Source of the DNA: Minutocellus sp. GHC0000111
Taxonomy: Eukaryota
Length of the DNA stretch: 64,000 nt
Assembly: GCA_977018835.1 (NCBI GenBank)
Contig: OZ361256.1
Location: 3,906,001 to 3,970,000 of the forward strand
Direction: 5' to 3'
Part shown: piece after piece, positions 34,384-45,678 of the stretch
Layout of the letters: the number at the start of each line of letters is the position of its first letter
Position numbering within the stretch: the first letter of the stretch is position 1
Notes under the pieces: model-generated
The model's input: the letters and a program-made list of their open reading frames with translations, nothing else
What the model was told of the DNA's origin: nothing
Database searches by the model: none
Program-made: the position numbers and the translations under genes

Positions 34384-36378
34384 ATGCCTCATCTATTTTC
34401 TTCTCGTGGGGGCGGCAGCCATCATCACCACCATCACAATCGACCTTCGCAGTCGTCCAACAGCAACAAACCTCAGCACTGGGCGCGAACCCGCCAAAAT
34501 GAGAATGCAGACAAGCCAGCTGACAATAAGCATCATCAGTCCAAAGCCGCCACCGCTCCCGCCAAGCAGGTATGGAGGTCGGCCGTCGATCCCAAGACTG
34601 GAAGGACGTACTATTATGACGTTGCAACAAGACAGACGCAGTGGCGCAAGCCATTGGAACTGGCAACCGACGAGGAACGAAAGGCCATCGAGGAGAAGGA
34701 GCGGAAGCAGAAAGAATTCTTTGCAGCGATGGAGTCCAATATCCTCAAGAGTTTGGCTGGTGGCAGTCTCGTTCCTCCTGGTGGCAATAGATTGTCATCA
34801 TCAAGTGAGGGCACACATAGCAGCGGTACAAATGAAGACGGGGGCGGCCGAGAAGAAGACAAGGTTGCAGAGATGAAGACGACCAAATCGATCGATGGCA
34901 GCCGATCTTCTTTCCCATCGTCGTCATCCGATATCAACATCGACGGCAATGCAGGACCAAAAGGCGTGCTTCCCAAGACTCTGAAGCCAAATCAAAAACC
35001 AGTCCGCACGATATCGTCAATGGACGATGCTCTGATAGCGGAGTTAGCCAAAACCGTTCAGACGGTGGAATCGCCATTCGATGCCCTGGCGACGAAAGTT
35101 TCTCCTACCTCGGTCGTTTCCACGTCGTACACATATTCACTCGATGGTGATGGTGGCAGCGAAAGCGAGGGAGACAAAACACCGTTGGCGTCGCACTTGA
35201 ATGCGCTGTTTCCTCCACCTACGAAACAATCTTCTACTCTGACGGAAAATAGCTCTCCGACGAGCAGTGAAGATGATCGTGCTGTGGACGAATTTCGTCG
35301 AACCGCGGAGGAAATGGCCGCCATGACTCTGGACGGAACTGGAGAGAAGACCACCAGCTCTACACCTGACCCATCGCCAGAACAACTCAAGAGTATTCCC
35401 AAACCAGTTTTCAAGCAGAGAAATACATGCGGAACGTTGCATGTTTCCTCAACCATGTCAGATCCAGACAAGGATGCCACGATCAAGTGCATATGCGGAA
35501 TATTCCGTGCACATATCGTCCAGGCTGCGCACGAGGAGGTGGCATCAGGGTTTCGGCCGCATGTCAAATTCGATGAGTACGAAATATTCAACGACTTGCG
35601 CAGTGAGCGGGGTTCTGGAAGTCCCAAGAGAATTTCGGCCTCTGCCGCGTACGAGGACTCTCGCGACGAACCGCCACTGTCCGACGGCACAGAACCAAGT
35701 ATCGAGGCATACACCCCTGAATCGATTGAATCTTGCGTGCCATCTCATGAGGAAATCACCGCCTTCTACAGCGACATCTTCCGCCGATCACAGATGGAAA
35801 CGGACTGCATCATCATGAGTTTGATCTATATCGAGCGTCTTATCAAAGTAACAGTTGGCGGCGTTCGTCCACGAATAGGTAACTGGCGATCATTGTTGTT
35901 TGCAAGCATGGTCATGTCGAGCAAGGTTTGGGACGATCTATCGATGTGGAATGCTGACTTTAGTCAGACCTGCCCATCAGGAGTGCGCTTTCCCCTGAAA
36001 CGAATTAATGAACTTGAATTGGCCATGCTAAACTGTCTCAAATTTGATGTCAAGGTCAAGGCATCAGAGTATGCGAAGTACTACTTCTTGATCCGTTCGA
36101 TGTGCATCCGCTCCGGCCTTGCAGGACATGATCTGATCCATTCCAAGGCGCTTGATATTGAGGGTGCCAAGAAAATTGAGGACATATCGTCCAAGTTTCA
36201 TCACAAGGCCTCGAGCTCTACATCTCCTACATCTGCCAGCCCCTCAAGTGCACTACCGGTTCCAATCGCAATTGTAAATCGCAGGACAAAGTCGACGGGT
36301 GAGGTGGAAAAAACTTCATCTCCCGCTGCATCGCCCGGTGGTGTCAAGGTCCACCTTGAAAATATTATCCAAATGTAG
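34384..36378 (+). CDS. Cyclin Y-like protein with an N-terminal WW domain
   Basis: WRSAVDPKTGRTYYYDVATRQTQWRKP matches WW. CIIMSLIYIERL...NWRSLLFASMVMSSKVWDDLSMWNADF...INELE...SEYAKYYF matches the cyclin Y box. Confidence 0.88.
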   Translation: MPHLFSSRGGGSHHHHHHNRPSQSSNSNKPQHWARTRQNENADKPADNKHHQSKAATAPAKQVWRSAVDPKTGRTYYYDVATRQTQWRKPLELATDEERKAIEEKERKQKEFFAAMESNILKSLAGGSLVPPGGNRLSSSSEGTHSSGTNEDGGGREEDKVAEMKTTKSIDGSRSSFPSSSSDINIDGNAGPKGVLPKTLKPNQKPVRTISSMDDALIAELAKTVQTVESPFDALATKVSPTSVVSTSYTYSLDGDGGSESEGDKTPLASHLNALFPPPTKQSSTLTENSSPTSSEDDRAVDEFRRTAEEMAAMTLDGTGEKTTSSTPDPSPEQLKSIPKPVFKQRNTCGTLHVSSTMSDPDKDATIKCICGIFRAHIVQAAHEEVASGFRPHVKFDEYEIFNDLRSERGSGSPKRISASAAYEDSRDEPPLSDGTEPSIEAYTPESIESCVPSHEEITAFYSDIFRRSQMETDCIIMSLIYIERLIKVTVGGVRPRIGNWRSLLFASMVMSSKVWDDLSMWNADFSQTCPSGVRFPLKRINELELAMLNCLKFDVKVKASEYAKYYFLIRSMCIRSGLAGHDLIHSKALDIEGAKKIEDISSKFHHKASSSTSPTSASPSSALPVPIAIVNRRTKSTGEVEKTSSPAASPGGVKVHLENIIQM

Positions 36379-36441
36379 AGAGAGAATATATACGACACGA
36401 ATAGACATAAGATTATTGTTACCGTACTCCTCCTCTAGCTA

Positions 36442-36496
36442 GCTTCTAGAGCAGAGATGATGCTTCTAGAGATGATGCTTCTAGAGTAGAGATGAT
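36442..36496. repeat. Short imperfect tandem repeat GCTTCTAGAG(CAGAG/TAGAG)ATGAT x3 between convergent gene ends
   Basis: gcttctagagcagagatgat gcttctagagatgat gcttctagagtagagatgat. Confidence 0.8.
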
Positions 36497-36564
36497 CTCC
36501 TTCGCAAAAATGCGATGATCCTTTCTTCATTACTTGAGGCCAATATGGTAGCGTGCAACCAGTT

Positions 36565-37326
36565 TTAGGCCATATTGGCTGACAGTCTCTTGGGTTTCCA
36601 GTCGATCTCGTCGGAGATTCTCCTTCGAAGGTCTGAGGCGATATTTGCCTTGGTGGTGCTTTTCCTGCAGCATTTCTTCTTTTTGTTTTCTCCCACTTTG
36701 GCCTGTTCGGTGAGAATGATGTCCACTAGGGCATCATGGAAGGCATCTTGGCGTATACTGGTTTTGCCGCTGACGGGATCCTTGACACCTGCCGAGCAGA
36801 TCGCCGTGGTGGCAGCGTTCATCTCGTGTTCTTCTTTGCCAAGATCACCATGCGTCTTCTCTATAAACTTAGACAGATTGTCGGCGTGGAGAAAGTGTCG
36901 TCCCTTGCCTGTGGACAAAACCATATTGCCAGTGTCTTAAATGTCGACATCTCCATCGGAATGGTGATCAGTGTCTGTGATGGATCGAAGTAGGATACGG
37001 ATGTCTCTGGCGAATGGCGCCTTGATGCTGATACATGTACTGCTATGCTGGTGATGATTGTAGCTATCTTGAAGTGTGAAAGTTGGAGTAGAAGCTTTTG
37101 TAGCAACGGCGCATGAGGTGCCTGCACTGGATGGTACATGTAACGCATTGGCACCATCGTTATAGTCGTTGTCTTCCTCTTCGTCGTCATCTTCAATTTC
37201 CTCATCGAGCCGAAGTGCCTCTATGAATTTCGAAAACGAGCTTTTGCGATGAGGAGGACTGCAAGCGCCAGCACGAGTCGTCGACATTAGATCAGTAGCG
37301 CGCTTTGGCTCGTTGGAAGTAGACAT
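36565..37326 (-). pseudogene. Hypothetical protein with an in-frame TAA at 36939-36937
   Basis: ORFs 36937..37326 and 36565..36924 are in the same frame: DGDVDI*DTGNMVLSTGKGRHF. Confidence 0.5.
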
Positions 37327-37818
37327 GATGGACGATAGCCATAGCTTCAGCTACGCAGTATGTGTGAACGATTGAAGAGGAAGAGGGGAACTGAAAGTGG
37401 GTCAGTGCAGTCCGGACAGTCATGTCGCATGTGGCCCTTTCTCGAAGTAGAAGAGCCTCTTGTGTGCTGAACGGTAGGCGGTTTTGTCTTGAAGTAAAGT
37501 AGGATGGTTTACTCGTAGAAGGGACAGCACAGCTCCAAAATCAGACGTCTTGTGTCGAAATCCGATTGGCTGTCGTAACAGAAATGAAGTCATGAGGGGC
37601 TATTATTGTGTCGAGGTCTGTCCGTCGCGAAACGTGCGAAATCGGCGGCGGGCGGCCGGGGGCCGGAGGCGAGAGGCGAGGGTTTGAGGGTAGGAGTGAG
37701 AAAGGAACTCAGACTTGCAAGGGCTATCAGCAAAGTGCATGCTGGGAGCTGTACATCACGCTCAGATATTTTTCTACGCAATTGAAACTGAACTGGTTGC
37801 GGCGGAAGTGAAATTCAC

Positions 37819-38385
37819 ATGACAAACTCATCGCATTACGTGACGCGCCAACCAAGAAGATGGGATGGCTTTGGCGTTGCGTCGGTACAAGAAATCGACG
37901 CTCCTCCCTCCAGGGTTTGGTCCAATATCATTGATATTGATTCATCTCCGTTGATATTATCGACGGTGGAATCAATGGAACGAATCGATGGAAGCAGAGC
38001 TGATGATCCAGTAAAAGTGGGCACTCGATGGAAACAGACTCGACGAGGACTGGACTCCAAACAACACACAACAACCATTACATGCACGGCTCTGGACGAT
38101 GGCGGAAATGATCCTGATCGATTTCCCAAGACCTTTTCGATTACAACCTCGGTTCCTGGTACGGCTTCGACTGGATCGTTGTCAGTGGAATGCGTGGAGG
38201 GAGATTGCAGTCGATGTCGCCTTGTAGTTTCATTCGCATTGGTACCACAATCACTTTTGTCACGGATGTTATTCACCTCTCCAATTGGGCGCTATTTCAT
38301 TGATAAGACCTCAATAAAACACGTAGAAGATGATATGGCTGACATTGCCAAGGCGAGCGAGAAGGATGAGATTGACGAATCATAG
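37819..38385 (+). CDS. SRPBCC/polyketide-cyclase (START-like) domain protein
   Basis: QEIDAPPSRVWSNIIDID...VGTRWKQTR and C-terminal helix EDDMADIAKASE. Confidence 0.75.
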   Translation: MTNSSHYVTRQPRRWDGFGVASVQEIDAPPSRVWSNIIDIDSSPLILSTVESMERIDGSRADDPVKVGTRWKQTRRGLDSKQHTTTITCTALDDGGNDPDRFPKTFSITTSVPGTASTGSLSVECVEGDCSRCRLVVSFALVPQSLLSRMLFTSPIGRYFIDKTSIKHVEDDMADIAKASEKDEIDES

Positions 38386-38455
38386 TATATGAAAGAGCTT
38401 ACTAGATCTAGTATGATAAAAAGAGAGATATGTTTGTTCATGGGTATTTCTAGCG

Positions 38456-39739
38456 TCATGTTATTTGATCTGGCGGTGCCGGACAGTTGCTGCCACCGGC
38501 AAATACCGTAAATAGCTGAATGATACCGACGATCAGTCCCAGGATGGCACCGACCATGATCAATGTTATTTCGTCCTCCTCGAACGCTGGATGCAGGACG
38601 CCTTCAAATTCTGCTGGGGACAAACCTTTCATTTTTTCGCGGATAGTATTCTCCATATCAAGCGCTTCTGTCATGTATTCATATGACTGATCAATAATGG
38701 TGGGGAGTTTCTCGGATATTTTGGTGGCAATATCCTCCTTCATTTCGGCAAATCGCGCACCACCCATGGCTGCGACTGCAAACGGCTTGAGTCCGCCGAT
38801 CATCTTTTCGGTAAACACAATGGAATGTGCCCTCAGCATCGCAAAAAAGTTCTTATGCAACGGCCCCGTCAGTATTGCCTGCCAAACCGCCTCACTGTGC
38901 AGGATCTCCACGCAATTTACGCGGGCAAATGTCTCCGACACCTCTTTTTGTCGCACCAGGAACAGACCCTGGATGGTAAAACATCCAATCTTGACCGGGT
39001 CAAGGGGACGAAAGATGACCTTGAGTGCAAGCCAATTGGTGGCCCAGCCCACGAGGAAGCCAGCTAGCGGAAGAATCCACGAGCCAGTGTAGAAGAACCA
39101 GATGATCATTTGCACACACCCAAACAGAAAACCAAAGTAGAATCCCGACCGACGAATGAAGCGGAATTCCTTGTCGCCACATTCCTGGAATATTTTGTTG
39201 ATCAAGGGTTTGTTCTAAACGCAGGCGCTGACCGTCATTTGTTTCATGTCGAGAATGTCATCGACGTGCTTTTGCATATCGGTCATAAAGGCTGTGAGAA
39301 ATTCGTCGCTGGCCTGGTGCGCGACAACGACCATCTCATCCCGGACCTCTTGGGGCAGCTTCGTCCACACCTCTGGCATATACTCCATCCCGACCTCATC
39401 CAAAATCTCGTCCATCAACAAGAGCACACCGTCCTCCATCACCTCGCTAAATTTTTCCGGCTTGAGTCGGTTGAATATTTCCCGGATGTTGAGAAGTCTT
39501 GTCGTCATCAGCTCGAAACATATACTGGCCATCTTCTCCGCCTTGGTCGGTATGATCCCCTGCCACCCAAACAACCCCCACGGTTGCTCCTTTATTCGAA
39601 ACAGTTCAATGCCGAAAAATTCAATTGGCTTGAATGTCATTTCCAATGCGAGAACGTTGGTCCCCCATCCCACGAAGCCCGCTATCCAGGGTATGATAAA
39701 ATATTGCCACCATTCGAAGCAGTTGTCGTTGAACCCCAT
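38456..39739 (-). pseudogene. DUF445-like membrane protein with an in-frame TAG at 39217-39215
   Basis: Internal duplication IAGFVGWGTNVLALEMTFKP...WQGIIP / LAGFLVGWATNWLALKVIFRP...IQGLF, and FEGVLHPAFEEDEITLIMVGAILG. The frame reads TVSACV*NKPLINKIFQECG. Confidence 0.75.
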
Positions 39740-40099
39740 CCTTATGTGTGTGCCCGTGTAGTGGGTAAGTTGCTGATCAAGCAAACGGAGCGAGAAGGCA
39801 AGGGCACCACCACACCACCGGCACCACGCTCTCGCCCAAAAAATAAAAGGACCCAAAATAAAATTGCTCGCGCGGCGGGCGGCGGCGGCGGCGCGGCGCG
39901 GGCGGTGCGTGCGACAGTTTGAATTCCTTGTGACGTCGATTCAGTCGAATGGGTCGAGTGGTAAATGGCTGTTCACGCATCAAAAAAGCGAAGTCGTTGT
40001 TGGATAACAGGAACTGCAGCTAGTCTAGAGCTAGAGTCTACGTAACAGCTGACAGCTGATAAAATCTACAATGTGAGTATTAACTTTTAGCAGTCTGTT

Positions 40100-43084
40100 T
40101 TATGCGACATTACCTCCAGCAATCGGCGAGGTGCATACACCGGCACTGGTGAGGAATGGTCGGCCCATGAATTCTGGAGTGCCATATTCGTTGGTGACCA
40201 GGTGTGGCGCGAGCTTCTCGAACACCTTCTTCTTGCCGATCTTGTTCTCGGCAAAGGGCTGGCCTTCTTCACCCTCAAAGTCAATGCCAGGGATAGTGAT
40301 CCTTTCACCGATCTTGGCATCAACTGGGGGGCTAACGAACTTGACCTCCGAATGGTCCTCGTTCGACGAGCAGAGAACCATGCCGTGACTGGGGAATCCA
40401 ACCATCTTCCGTGCCTTGAGGTTGCAAAGCACAAGAACGAGACGGCCCTCCATGTCCTCCTTGTTCATGTATGGACGAAGACCAGACGCAACCTGACGAG
40501 GCTCGTCTTCGCCAACATCGATCTCTTCGCAGTATAGCTTATCAGCCTCCTCGTGCTCCCAGACCTTGGTGATGCGGCCAACACGAATATCGAGGGCGGT
40601 GATAGGAGGTCCTTCATAGCTTTCAAGAGGATCAACAGGCGCAGCAGCAGCAACTGCGGCGTTGGCCGACTCGACGACGGCGTCGGCCTGTTTCGATTCC
40701 TTTTCTGCCTTCTTCTTCTCCTTGACCTTAGGGGCGCGGAACTCTTCCGGGATGGTCTCGCAGAAAGACTTCAAGCGCTCGAGCCTGGAGGCCATATCAA
40801 CAACTCCGGCGGCCTCCTTGTCGATGCACCCATCGTCGGCAACGGCCATCTGAAGCAATGCCATCTGCTTCGTAACATCCTGCCCGCTCATTTCAGCAGT
40901 CAAAGCAAGACGAATGGGGTGGAACAGGTTCCTTCCTTTCACACCGAGTTCCTTTGAAATGGCCTTCATGTGAACCTTGTAGGCCTTGGGATACGAGTAA
41001 GCAGTTCCGCCAACCTTGTCATCTTCAACGATGGGCTTGTTGATGTCTTCCAAGAAGTGGGCAAGGGGATCGGCAGGATCAGGCTGGGGCAAGTTGCCGG
41101 CCTCAAAATCTCTAATGAGAGCCTGGGCAATAGGGTAAAAGTTGCCCAGCTGAATCATTTCCTTAGCCTCGGCATCCTCAACCTTATCGAACGACTCCGG
41201 TAGCTCATATCCCATGACCGTCTGAGCATTAGTTGCCGCGTCCCTAGTTGTTTGCATCATCTGCTTGGCAAGTGCCGTGGCAGCATACGCGACGTTACGA
41301 ACCTGAACGCCATCGGCATCCTCCTTGAAGAGACCGATGAGATCCATCTGTTCTTTGACAAGATCCGAAAGCTCCCCGATGGACTTGGTCTTCAAATGCT
41401 GCTGATTAATCCACTTCAGCTTGTCCATATCAAACATGGACGGACTACTCACAACACGGTCGACATCGAATGCCTCAATAAGCTCATCCCTGGTAAAAAT
41501 CTCATTGTCAGTACCATCGTTCCATCCTAGGAGCGCAAGGTAATTGATCATGGCATCGGGCAAGAAACCATCGAGCTTGAATTGGTTGCACGAAGTGGCG
41601 CCGTGGCGCTTGGACAGCTTTTGCTTGTCCTCGCCCAAGATGAGAGAGCAATGCGCATACCTGGGACGGGGAGCACCAAGAGCATCAAGGATGAGGCATT
41701 GCCTCAGGGTGTTAGTGAGATGCTCCTCAGCGCGAATAACGGTGGTAATGCCCATGCTGGCATCATCGACGGCGACACAGAAGTTGTAAACAGGAACTCC
41801 AGACGAACGAAGGAGGATGAAGTCACCAACGGTGGATTCGGCATCCCAGGATACAGTTCCACGGACGGCATCTTCAATGACAATACGTGCGTTGGCAGGA
41901 ACCTTGAAACGGATGGTGTACTCGGCACCTTCGGCCATCTTCTGTGCCACGAGGTCTGGATCGGCATCGCGCCAAGTGCCATCGTATCTTGTGGGTACTC
42001 CTGCGGCCTCCTGCTTGGCCTTCATTTCTTCAAGCTCTTCCTTGGTACAGAAGCAGAGGTAGGCCTTGCCTTCGTCAATCAGCTTCTCGGCAAGCTTGGA
42101 GTATATCTCATTACGCTCGGACTGGCGGTAGGGGCCATACTTGGCGAGCGGCATGTCCGGGCCTTCGTCCCAGTCCAATCCAAGCCAACTCAAATCAGCA
42201 AGAACAGACTCCTCACTCTCTGCAGCGTAGGCGGAGGATATAATGGCAATGCGTGAAGAGCTGTGAGATAATATATACAACTCCAAAGTTTTGAAACGAG
42301 GCGTACGGATTGGGCGGTGAATGATCCTCAGACAGAACATTCCCACAAAACTTTCATTATTCTTTCCCGTCAGATAACTTACCCTTGGTCGATCGAGCAA
42401 GATCAGTATCCTCAACACGCAGAACGAAGGCGCCATCATCGTCGGGGAAATCAAGCTGACCCTTCTTCGCAACGAGCCAATTGTACAGAGCAGTACAGGC
42501 TCCACCAACGTGAAGGCTGGAGAAAGGATACAGCACAGAGACAAAGAAGGGAAAAGAGAATGATGGTATCGTCAGACATTGAGAACGGACAGGAGCACAT
42601 TATGTGTCGGGAATGTGCCATTTGGCCGATCATGCAATCCATAACCCTCTCTGCACAAAATATATTTCCAAATACAATCATGAATGGAACCTTCTCACCT
42701 TCCGGTAGGACTGGGAGCGAATCTCATCCTAGGGGCGCAGTCCTCAATTCTCTTTCCAGCCTGGGGGAAAGCAATCACATCGTTGGAAGTCGTGGCCGCC
42801 TCCGTGGCAGTCTCCTCGACGGCGGAAAACATCAACGTCTCATCACTCCACCTGCCCTGCTTCTGCAGTTCCTTCACCTTGGCAAGGAGGGTGTCGGAGC
42901 TGTTCGGGACACGGCGACGACGACCGATGCTGGACGACGCAGACGACCCATCAGTCGATCGGGTGGAGAAGGCGGCACGAGAGGCCGTGGAGAAGGCGGC
43001 GACGAACACGCCGCTGTTCGCCCGGTACAGGACACCTCGACCAGCCACTGCGAGCAGTGCCATTGCTACAGGTGGGACTCGCAT
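40100..43084 (-). CDS. Organellar (bacterial-type) glutamyl-tRNA synthetase fused to a C-terminal Arc1p/Trbp111-type tRNA-binding OB domain; exons 43084-42699, 42516-42383, 42219-40100
   Basis: [49 protein letters not shown]-terminal [29 protein letters not shown]...[18 protein letters not shown]. Two in-frame GT-AG introns. Confidence 0.92.
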
Positions 43085-43517
43085 CGTTGTTACAAGCAAC
43101 GATAGGCTCCCCTTGCTTGGGTATCGGTCGGCCAGATGGCTTGTTCTGTGAGAGGGAGGTTGAGTTGGCGCAGACGCACGACGGCCGCAATGTTCAACAA
43201 ACAGCTGGACACTCCTCTATCAAATTTTATTTATCATTTTCCTTCAACAATCACTTTTGAGGAGTACATGTAATGTTGTTTACAGAAGTACAATTCACCT
43301 AATCCTGCATTTTGGTCATGGGCGAATTTTTTTCCTTGCTTGCAGAGAAGAGATTCCACATTTTGCTCTAGACTCTACATGAATGCACGCAGCTACGTAA
43401 TCATGTTGACTTATGCAGCACGAACTAATCATAGGAATTCCTAGCTAGCTAGCTGCGTTGTACAGTATCGGTCCGGTACACGTGTACACTTCGCATGTCG
43501 TCATTCGTCGTCAATAA

Positions 43518-45386
43518 TCAACCTGAAGCTTCGCCGGCCTTGGCCGCGGCTGTGCAACGTGGATGATTGCCCTCGGCGACAGCGATCTCGCTATGAAGGA
43601 ATTTGGCTGCATCTGCAGATGCTTTAACTTTGGCGGCACTTCTGCTCAACATTTCCAATTCAAAATCAGCCAATGATTCTTCAACGTCCATCTCGTCACT
43701 TTCATCCTTTGGCACTTGAAATGTCTTGTAGAGAGTCCTAGCCAGTAGCACAGCGTCAAGCAGTGCTTGGTTGGCTCCCTGTCCTTTAAAGGGACTCATA
43801 GGATGAGCCGCATCTCCCATCAATGTGACATTTGATTGATCATTATCGTCTTGCATTCCCCCTCGGAGCCTATCCGCATCCAACAATTCTCGGTCATAGA
43901 CTGGATATCCAGAGACCAGTCGATCCGGCGTCGAACGCAGCAGCTCTGGTATGGGTGCATGCCACTCACCGCACCGCTTCAAGGCCTCGGCCTTCAATGC
44001 CGACGGCCCTTCTTTGCTCAGTCGCTTTGCATCGGCCTCGTTCAATGGAAACGAAAGTTGCCACATCATTTCACCTCGTCCCCTTTCCTTATCGTTGGAG
44101 GCAGCTCCAGCCGTCTCAGCTCCGGCAGCAGAGAATGGCATGGCGTAAATACGTGTGGTACCATCGGCAGTTTGAAAGACGGTTTCTCCGTCGGCAAGGT
44201 CTGTTTCTGTCGGTGTCGGAGCAATCCCAAGAATCACGATGCAGTCCAGATATCGAAGAGGACGGGCGTCGTCCCCCACCTTGAGCCTACGGACAGCCGA
44301 GCGAATACCATCGGCACCAACCAGCACCGTGGCTTGATTCGAGACTACCTCGTTGTCCTTTTTGCGTAATGTAATCTCCACCTTTCTATTTCCATCATCG
44401 TCTCCAGCAAGCTCAGTGTAGTCTTCTAATCGATATCCCCATTGGACCGTCCCTGGTTCTAGTCGGTCCAACAGCATCCGTCTCAACTCTTGTCTTTGAA
44501 TGTGTGCATTTTGCCTACCTGCCTCCTTCTTCATCTTGGTTTCTGGCCGTCCCCAAACTCGAAGACCCCACTGCCCTACCACGGACCCATCCGTCTTGTG
44601 AACCAAATGCCTCTTGGACGTGATGCCGAATTTCTGCCCCTCGCCTTCATCGGATTTGAGCTGCTGTTGCTGCAACCCCGTCAGCCCCAGGGCCTTGACA
44701 GCGCGGGCAGCCTGCTGCATCGTCAAGCCGTAGCCTTGGCTTCGTTCGTCAAAGTTCGAATCGCGTTCGAATACCACGCAGGGAACAGACCGATGCTGAA
44801 GGGCCAATGCCAAGGCAAGACCACCGAGTCCTCCACCGACAATGGCAACCGATACATCTGGCCGTATCGGAGGCAGCAGTCTCTTTGTATCATTGGAATC
44901 ACATGCATCATTCTTTGGGACTATTCCACTGCCATTGCATTTAGGGCATATCACAGACCTCGGTGGTGCCGGAGGCGGTAATGCATCGGCTTTGCTGCCA
45001 TTTCCTCCCTCACTGGCACGTCGCTTCGCGGCCTCCATCTCTCTCTTTCGCTGTGCTCGAGCCTTCTTTGACGGTCTGGCCCATACTGACCCTTCGCCGA
45101 GGCAACGCACACAGGCTGTCGCCGGTACAATGCTGTCGCACGATGTATGAGACGAGGGTGACAAGGACTGGAGCATTGTGGATGACGAAGTCATTGAAAG
45201 CGACCTCTTATCCCCAACGCGTGGGGAGCAGCAGCTGCTCATGTACGAGTATGATTGGACGGTGAGAGGACGGCACGCGTATCGCCAAGCGGCGTTCTGG
45301 TACGCGTACGCTTTGACCTCGAAGCGGAGCACAAGATGAGTTAGAGCCCAGGTAGATGCTCGCCACCCTCTCACGCCGAGTCTCAT
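43518..45386 (-). CDS. FAD-dependent monooxygenase (UbiH/salicylate-hydroxylase family) with an N-terminal CxxCxGxG zinc-ribbon pair
   Basis: VAIVGGGLGGLALA, LVGADGIRSAVR, LMGDAAHPMSPFKGQGANQALLDA. CVRCLGEG and CPKCNGSG upstream. Confidence 0.88.
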   Translation of the reverse strand: MRLGVRGWRASTWALTHLVLRFEVKAYAYQNAAWRYACRPLTVQSYSYMSSCCSPRVGDKRSLSMTSSSTMLQSLSPSSHTSCDSIVPATACVRCLGEGSVWARPSKKARAQRKREMEAAKRRASEGGNGSKADALPPPAPPRSVICPKCNGSGIVPKNDACDSNDTKRLLPPIRPDVSVAIVGGGLGGLALALALQHRSVPCVVFERDSNFDERSQGYGLTMQQAARAVKALGLTGLQQQQLKSDEGEGQKFGITSKRHLVHKTDGSVVGQWGLRVWGRPETKMKKEAGRQNAHIQRQELRRMLLDRLEPGTVQWGYRLEDYTELAGDDDGNRKVEITLRKKDNEVVSNQATVLVGADGIRSAVRRLKVGDDARPLRYLDCIVILGIAPTPTETDLADGETVFQTADGTTRIYAMPFSAAGAETAGAASNDKERGRGEMMWQLSFPLNEADAKRLSKEGPSALKAEALKRCGEWHAPIPELLRSTPDRLVSGYPVYDRELLDADRLRGGMQDDNDQSNVTLMGDAAHPMSPFKGQGANQALLDAVLLARTLYKTFQVPKDESDEMDVEESLADFELEMLSRSAAKVKASADAAKFLHSEIAVAEGNHPRCTAAAKAGEASG

Positions 45387-45678
45387 GCCGCGCGGGGTGT
45401 GTGCTTGCAGTCAAGTTACGTAGTTATTCGACGTTCTTCACGAAGTGGCTGCCGTTGGTGGCCTCGCTCATCATGAGCATGAGCATGAGCCGCTTTTCAG
45501 CTTCGAGGCGAGGCGAGCGAGAGGCGTTCTGCCTGTTCGTCGTCCGTCAAGTTCGTCCGCCGTCGGTTCCAGAATCGAAAGAAATGAAATCCGCACAAAA
45601 AAATTTTCACATCCACTGCCACTTCTCTTGACATCCAACGCTACCAAGCGAGGCCATATTTTTAATTACTGGTCCAAA

